Assembly: GCA_031367385.1 (NCBI GenBank)
Contig: JANLPS010000187.1
Coordinates: forward strand, 1 to 11,997
DNA from: Archangium sp.
GTDB lineage: Bacteria; Myxococcota; Myxococcia; Myxococcales; Myxococcaceae
Direction of reading: 5' to 3'
DNA: 11,997 nt
In this document: positions 7,910 through 11,997 of the stretch, in pieces
Layout of the letters: every line of letters starts with the position of its first letter
How positions within the stretch are numbered: the first letter of the stretch is position 1
The notes under the pieces: generated by a model
Seen by the model: only the letters and a program-made list of their open reading frames with translations
Databases searched by the model: none
What the model was told of the DNA's origin: nothing
Made by a program: the position numbers and the translations under genes

Positions 7910-8837
7910 GCCCACGCAGCAAGAGCAGGCACAGCCAGATCAGGCCCCCTGGAGCCGAGCTGCACCCGGGGGCCGTCGGCTGGGGTGAGGCCATGCCTCC
8001 ATCGGGGCCGATCGCCGCGTCGCACGCGAGAGTGAAGGGCAACGCCGGGGTTGCGAGCGGTTGATCCACTCCGGCGACGAAGGCCTTGAGCCGCGCTGAG
8101 TGCGCGCCGAGCGAGAGCCCATGGTCGCGGTGGTCTGTTGCGTCGGCCGGGGTACAGCCCGCGTGCACCGCGAGCGCTGAGCGAAAGCTTGGAAAATTCA
8201 CGTCTTCGAAGTGGCCGAAGCGGGTTGAGACCCAGGCGACGCCGTCGATCTCGAGCACCCAGCGGGTGACCCCCAGCTGCGTGGCCATCGACGGGTCAGG
8301 CGTGAAGTCGAATCGCGTGAACGCCGCATCGAGCAGCGTGCCGCAGTTGCCGGGCTGATTGACGTACATCGATTGCTGCCCTGCGCTCTGCACCGTTAGG
8401 GCCCCCACGCTCGTCGGCAGGGCTTCGGCCTCGCGGGTGGTGACGCCCTGCGCGAAGACGTCGTGCGCACCGGTGAAGTTTTCGCAGAGCCTCGGGGCAC
8501 GCAGCTCGTAACGCTCGCCCACCGCGAGGGGCTGGCGAGGGGCGATCACGAGTTGGCCGCGAGCCGCGTCGTACGTTTTGATGACGTCGATCAAGCCTCC
8601 ATCGGCCCCCCTCAGCTCGACGCCCGCATCGAGCATGTTCACGATGGTTCTCGGGCTCGAATCGGCCGCGCTCAGCACCAGGCCTGGCACGTTGGCCGCC
8701 ACCGTGCCTCCATCGGGCACCAGCAGCGACCAAGGATCACTGCAGGCGAACCGCGAGCAGGCCTCGGCCGCTGGTGACCAAGCCACTGCTGTCGTGATGA
8801 AAATCGCGGTCAGAACGCGAGTCGAGCGGTTTCGCAT
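7824..8837 (-). CDS. Secreted protein with a MYXO-CTERM-like sorting tail
   Basis: Signal peptide ending AEA-C; Ig-like core; tail GCSSAPGGLIWLCLLLLR. The frame continues 86 nt antisense into tsf. Start placed at ATG 8837. Confidence 0.8.
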   Translation of the reverse strand: MRNRSTRVLTAIFITTAVAWSPAAEACSRFACSDPWSLLVPDGGTVAANVPGLVLSAADSSPRTIVNMLDAGVELRGADGGLIDVIKTYDAARGQLVIAPRQPLAVGERYELRAPRLCENFTGAHDVFAQGVTTREAEALPTSVGALTVQSAGQQSMYVNQPGNCGTLLDAAFTRFDFTPDPSMATQLGVTRWVLEIDGVAWVSTRFGHFEDVNFPSFRSALAVHAGCTPADATDHRDHGLSLGAHSARLKAFVAGVDQPLATPALPFTLACDAAIGPDGGMASPQPTAPGCSSAPGGLIWLCLLLLRGLTPGPRSSRPQRPSLLSSSRCLRRPRSE

Positions 8838-8885
8838 CACCGTTCGACACACGCGCCGCGACGGGTGAGACATCGAGGCCTTCGT

Positions 8886-9068
8886 TTACTTCTGTGCGCA
8901 CAGCTCCAGGGTGCAGGCCGCGCCTGCGTCAGGGGCGATGCAGGTGCCGCAGCTTGCGTTGCAGCAGACCGTGCCGGCCGCGCAATCGACTGACCCGCAG
9001 GTCTTGGGTGCGCAGGCGCTGAAGCTCAAGGCCATGACGACGAACGCGGCGAAGCAGAGTCTCTTCAT
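8886..9068 (-). CDS. Small Cys-rich lipoprotein (60 aa)
   Basis: MKR plus hydrophobic core plus lipobox FSA-C; the mature part has 8 further Cys ([20 protein letters not shown]...CTLELC). Confidence 0.8.
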   Translation of the reverse strand: MKRLCFAAFVVMALSFSACAPKTCGSVDCAAGTVCCNASCGTCIAPDAGAACTLELCAQK

Positions 9069-9177
9069 GGGGCGCTACCACAGCCCAACGCTGGCCGCCC
9101 GGGCAGACAAATCGAGCCCCTCGCATCGTTTCTGCTGCCCGCGCCGGGCCATTCGTGTACACGAACCGTTTCCCGTT

Positions 9178-9933
9178 ATGACTTCGGGCGCGACGTTGAA
9201 GACCAGCAGCTACAAGCGAATCTTGCTGAAGCTGTCGGGTGAAGCACTGATGGGTGATGAGAAGTACGGCATCTCGCCCACGACGTTGATCGGCATCGCG
9301 CAAGAGGTCTGTGACCTTCGCAAAGCAGGCGTCGAGGTCGCGGTGGTCATCGGCGGCGGCAACATCTTTCGCGGCGTCAAAGGCGCCACCGAGGGTATGG
9401 ACCGTGCCAGCGCTGACTACATGGGCATGCTGGCGACCTGCATCAACTCGCTGGCGCTGCAAGACGCGATTGAGAAGTTGGGTGGCAGCACCCGGGTGCT
9501 CTCGGCCATCAAGATGGAGCAGATCGCCGAGCCCTACATTCGCCGCCGCGCGGTTCGCCACCTCGAGAAGGGCCGCATCGTGATCTTCGCCGCCGGCACC
9601 GGCAACCCGTATTTCACCACCGACACCGCGGCCTCGCTTCGCGCGATGGAGATCAACGCCGAGGTGATTTTGAAGGCCACCAAGGTCGACGGCGTGTACA
9701 CGGCCGACCCCAAGAAAGACCCCAAGGCGCGCCGGTACAAGACGCTGACCTACAACGACGTGCTGCAAAACGACCTCAACGTGATGGACTCGACGGCCAT
9801 CTCGCTGTGCAAAGACAACAACCTGCCGATTGTCGTGTTCGACATGACGAATCGAGGCAACATCACCCGCGCCGTGCTCAGCCCTGGCGAAATCGGTACG
9901 GTGGTGGGGCTTGGCCAGACGGTGATGGCGTAG
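9178..9933 (+). CDS. pyrH: Uridylate kinase
   Basis: [60 protein letters not shown]. Start ATG 9178 or TTG 9196. Confidence 0.99.
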   Translation: MTSGATLKTSSYKRILLKLSGEALMGDEKYGISPTTLIGIAQEVCDLRKAGVEVAVVIGGGNIFRGVKGATEGMDRASADYMGMLATCINSLALQDAIEKLGGSTRVLSAIKMEQIAEPYIRRRAVRHLEKGRIVIFAAGTGNPYFTTDTAASLRAMEINAEVILKATKVDGVYTADPKKDPKARRYKTLTYNDVLQNDLNVMDSTAISLCKDNNLPIVVFDMTNRGNITRAVLSPGEIGTVVGLGQTVMA

Positions 9934-9970
9934 ATTCGACGTTTCTTCAAAACCTCAAAGGAGCCCGTAC

Positions 9971-10537
9971 ATGGCGGCGCAGAGCGACGAAGTTGTGAAG
10001 CAGCTGAGTGAGTCGATCAAGAAGACGGTCGACGCGTTCAAGGTCGGCTTGTCGAAAATTCGAACCGGCCGCGCCAGCACCGCGATGCTCGATGGCGTTC
10101 GCGTGAACTATTACGGCACTCCGACGCCGATCGCGCAGACTGCCGCGGTCGCCGCCCCCGAGCCCCGGTTGATCACCGTCAAACCGTGGGACAAGGGCGT
10201 CTTGAAAGACATCGAGAAGGCCATTCTCGAGGCGAACCTGGGGCTGACGCCGCAGAACGACGGTGAGATCATTCGCCTGCCGGTGCCGATGATGACCGAG
10301 CAGCGCCGCAAAGACATCGCCAAGCAGGTCAAGGCGCTGGGCGAAGAGCACAAGGTCACCGTGCGCAACGAGCGCCGCGACTCGAACGAGAAGCTCAAGA
10401 CGTTCTTGAAAGACAAAGACATCACCGAAGACGAGAGCAAGCACGCGCAAGAGAAGACGCAGAAGGCGACCGACGCCGGCATCAAAGAGATCGAAGATCT
10501 GGTCACCAAGAAAGAGAAAGAGGTGCTGGAGGTCTGA
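9971..10537 (+). CDS. frr: Ribosome recycling factor
   Basis: IRTGRA, VNYYGTPTP, PWDK, NLGLTPQNDG, VRNERRD; AAGGAG SD at 9958-9963; synteny with pyrH. Confidence 0.98.
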   Translation: MAAQSDEVVKQLSESIKKTVDAFKVGLSKIRTGRASTAMLDGVRVNYYGTPTPIAQTAAVAAPEPRLITVKPWDKGVLKDIEKAILEANLGLTPQNDGEIIRLPVPMMTEQRRKDIAKQVKALGEEHKVTVRNERRDSNEKLKTFLKDKDITEDESKHAQEKTQKATDAGIKEIEDLVTKKEKEVLEV

Positions 10538-11485
10538 GTGACGCGCGTACTCGTCGCTGAACCGTCGGCTCCCATCTCGGCTGCCCTGCGAAAGTTTTTG
10601 CACGGGGTGGCTGAGGTGCAGATCACCCATTTCGTCGATGAGGCGGTGCAGTTGCTTCGCGCCAAGCCCCCCGACGTGGTGATCGCCGCGGTGTCGGGCA
10701 CCTTCGATGGCGAGACCTTGTGCGCGCAGGTGCGCAGGCTCGCGCCGACGACGGCGGTGATTCTGGTGTACCCGGCCGAAGAAGAGAAGGCGGCCGAGCG
10801 GGCGCTGGGGCAGGGCGCTGATTCATTCTTGGTGGTGCCGCTCAAGAAGCCGGCGGTGCTGGCGACGGTGCAGGTGGTGCTGAAGGTTCGCACCCTGCGC
10901 GAGCGAATCGCCGAGCTTGAAGACGTGCCAGTGGTGCAAGGCAAGGCGGCCTCGGCGACCGGCTTCAATACGGGTGACGAGGCGTTCTTCAAAAAATTTC
11001 TGCTGCTCGAGATCAAACGCAGCAAGCGCTACCAGTACCCGGTGTCGTTGATGGTGGTGGGCCTCGATGGGCTGGGTGAGCGGGTGGCCAAAGACAAGGC
11101 GCCTGACTTTGCCAAAGCGAGCATTCGCGCCGAGGTGTTGACCGCGATCGGAGCGCTGATTCGCGAGGTCGATTTGGCGGTGGTGTTCGGTGACGACAAG
11201 GTGCTGCTGTTCTTGCCGCACACCGGGCGCGAGGGGGCGCAGCACGTCGCTGACCGGGTGCTCAAGGCGTTGGCGAAGGTGCCAGCGTTCAAGGGCGGCA
11301 AGGCGTCGATCGGCATCGCGTGTCATGACCCGAAGCAGGCCTCGCCCAAGGCAACGGTGAGCTACGGCGCGCTGCTGCGAGATGCGACGACGGCGCTCAA
11401 GAAGGCACAGACCGCGGGCGGTAATCAAATCGAGATGACCGCGCCGGCGGTGCCAGCGAAGCGCAACCGCATTTCAATTGGGTGA
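10538..11485 (+). CDS. Pseudo-receiver plus degenerate GGDEF domain protein
   Basis: Receiver fold (RVLVAE, PDVVIA, DGETLC, GADSFLVVP) followed by a GGDEF fold (EIKRSKRYQYPVSLMVVGLD, IREVDLAVVFGDDKVLLFLPHT, ASIGIA, ALKKAQTAGGNQ). Confidence 0.9.
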   Translation: MTRVLVAEPSAPISAALRKFLHGVAEVQITHFVDEAVQLLRAKPPDVVIAAVSGTFDGETLCAQVRRLAPTTAVILVYPAEEEKAAERALGQGADSFLVVPLKKPAVLATVQVVLKVRTLRERIAELEDVPVVQGKAASATGFNTGDEAFFKKFLLLEIKRSKRYQYPVSLMVVGLDGLGERVAKDKAPDFAKASIRAEVLTAIGALIREVDLAVVFGDDKVLLFLPHTGREGAQHVADRVLKALAKVPAFKGGKASIGIACHDPKQASPKATVSYGALLRDATTALKKAQTAGGNQIEMTAPAVPAKRNRISIG

Positions 11486-11662
11486 CAAAGCCGTTCATCC
11501 TGAGGAGGCTCTCGAAGGCTGAGACCCGGTCGAACACTGTTTGGGCGACCCTGGCGAGGTCTTCGCGCAGGTCTGCTCGACGCACCAGAACACTGCGCAG
11601 ATGGTCAATTGCCGCGGGGTGACTTGCCTCGTCGTTTGAGTTGTCGTACATGCGCCCACATC

Positions 11663-11997
11663 ATGAAGACCAACCGGGGTGGCGCTTTGAAACACTTGAA
11701 ATTCTTTGCATTTATCGCCGTCGTGTCTTGCGGCCCGAGCGACGTGACCGTTGCGGCGACGACGTCTGACGATGGCGAGGCCTTCGATCAAGCCTTCACC
11801 AGCGCCCGCGCGACGCAGCTCGATTTCACGATGAAGCTCACGCTCGAATCGACCGGCTCGGTGTGGAACGCGCGGTCGCTGATCGACTCGCAGATGCTCT
11901 ACACGATGGGTCACCTCAACGGCGACGACGCGGTCGGCCGGTTGGACAAAGTGGTCATCACGGATCAAAAGACCGAGACCCTGGCCTCGGGCAACTC
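11663..11997 (+). CDS. Lipoprotein, N-terminal part; runs off the right edge
   Basis: Not in the ORF track. MKTNRGGALKHLKFFAFIAVVS-CGPSDV...IDSQMLYTMGHLNGDDAVGRLDKVVIT; lipobox VVS-C; alternative start TTG 11687. From memory (unverified) it resembles the N-terminus of myxobacterial PPC-domain proteins. Confidence 0.75.
   Translation, partial: MKTNRGGALKHLKFFAFIAVVSCGPSDVTVAATTSDDGEAFDQAFTSARATQLDFTMKLTLESTGSVWNARSLIDSQMLYTMGHLNGDDAVGRLDKVVITDQKTETLASGN

Noticed and set aside
8886..9068. RiPP (ranthipeptide or lanthipeptide) precursor
   Set aside because: It has a lipoprotein signal peptide, and no modifying enzymes are present in the window.
8911..9177. 89-aa N-terminal extension of pyrH
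   Set aside because: It is the antisense reading of the Cys-rich lipoprotein gene plus intergenic DNA.
8929..11428. Long antisense ORFs over pyrH, frr and the GGDEF gene
   Set aside because: Expected stop-poor antisense frames in high-GC genes; no recognisable motifs.
10538..11485. Active PleD-like diguanylate cyclase
   Set aside because: The GG(D/E)EF signature and the phospho-acceptor Asp are both absent.

Overview
GC-rich bacterial window, most likely Myxococcota (inferred from a MYXO-CTERM-like sorting tail, many Cys-lipobox proteins with DAG/DGG linkers, and the style of the S2 tail). The right half (5.7-11.5 kb) is the core rpsB-tsf-pyrH-frr cluster, with a recognisable rpsB/t44 leader. 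It is split by two antisense secreted-protein genes between tsf and pyrH, and is followed with no gap by a pseudo-receiver/degenerate-GGDEF gene. The left half (1-5.6 kb) is an accessory mosaic: an IS91-family HUH transposase absent from the ORF track, a 5'-truncated cytochrome c/FTR1 iron permease, an in-frame chimera of a histidine-kinase fragment and an unrelated C-terminus, a triple TGTACTGCA palindrome, and three lipoproteins. I found no tRNA, rRNA or CRISPR array, and I cannot support a complete novel system. The best leads are the rearrangement scars, the palindromic site, the EF-Ts insertion and the frr-coupled candidate c-di-GMP receptor.
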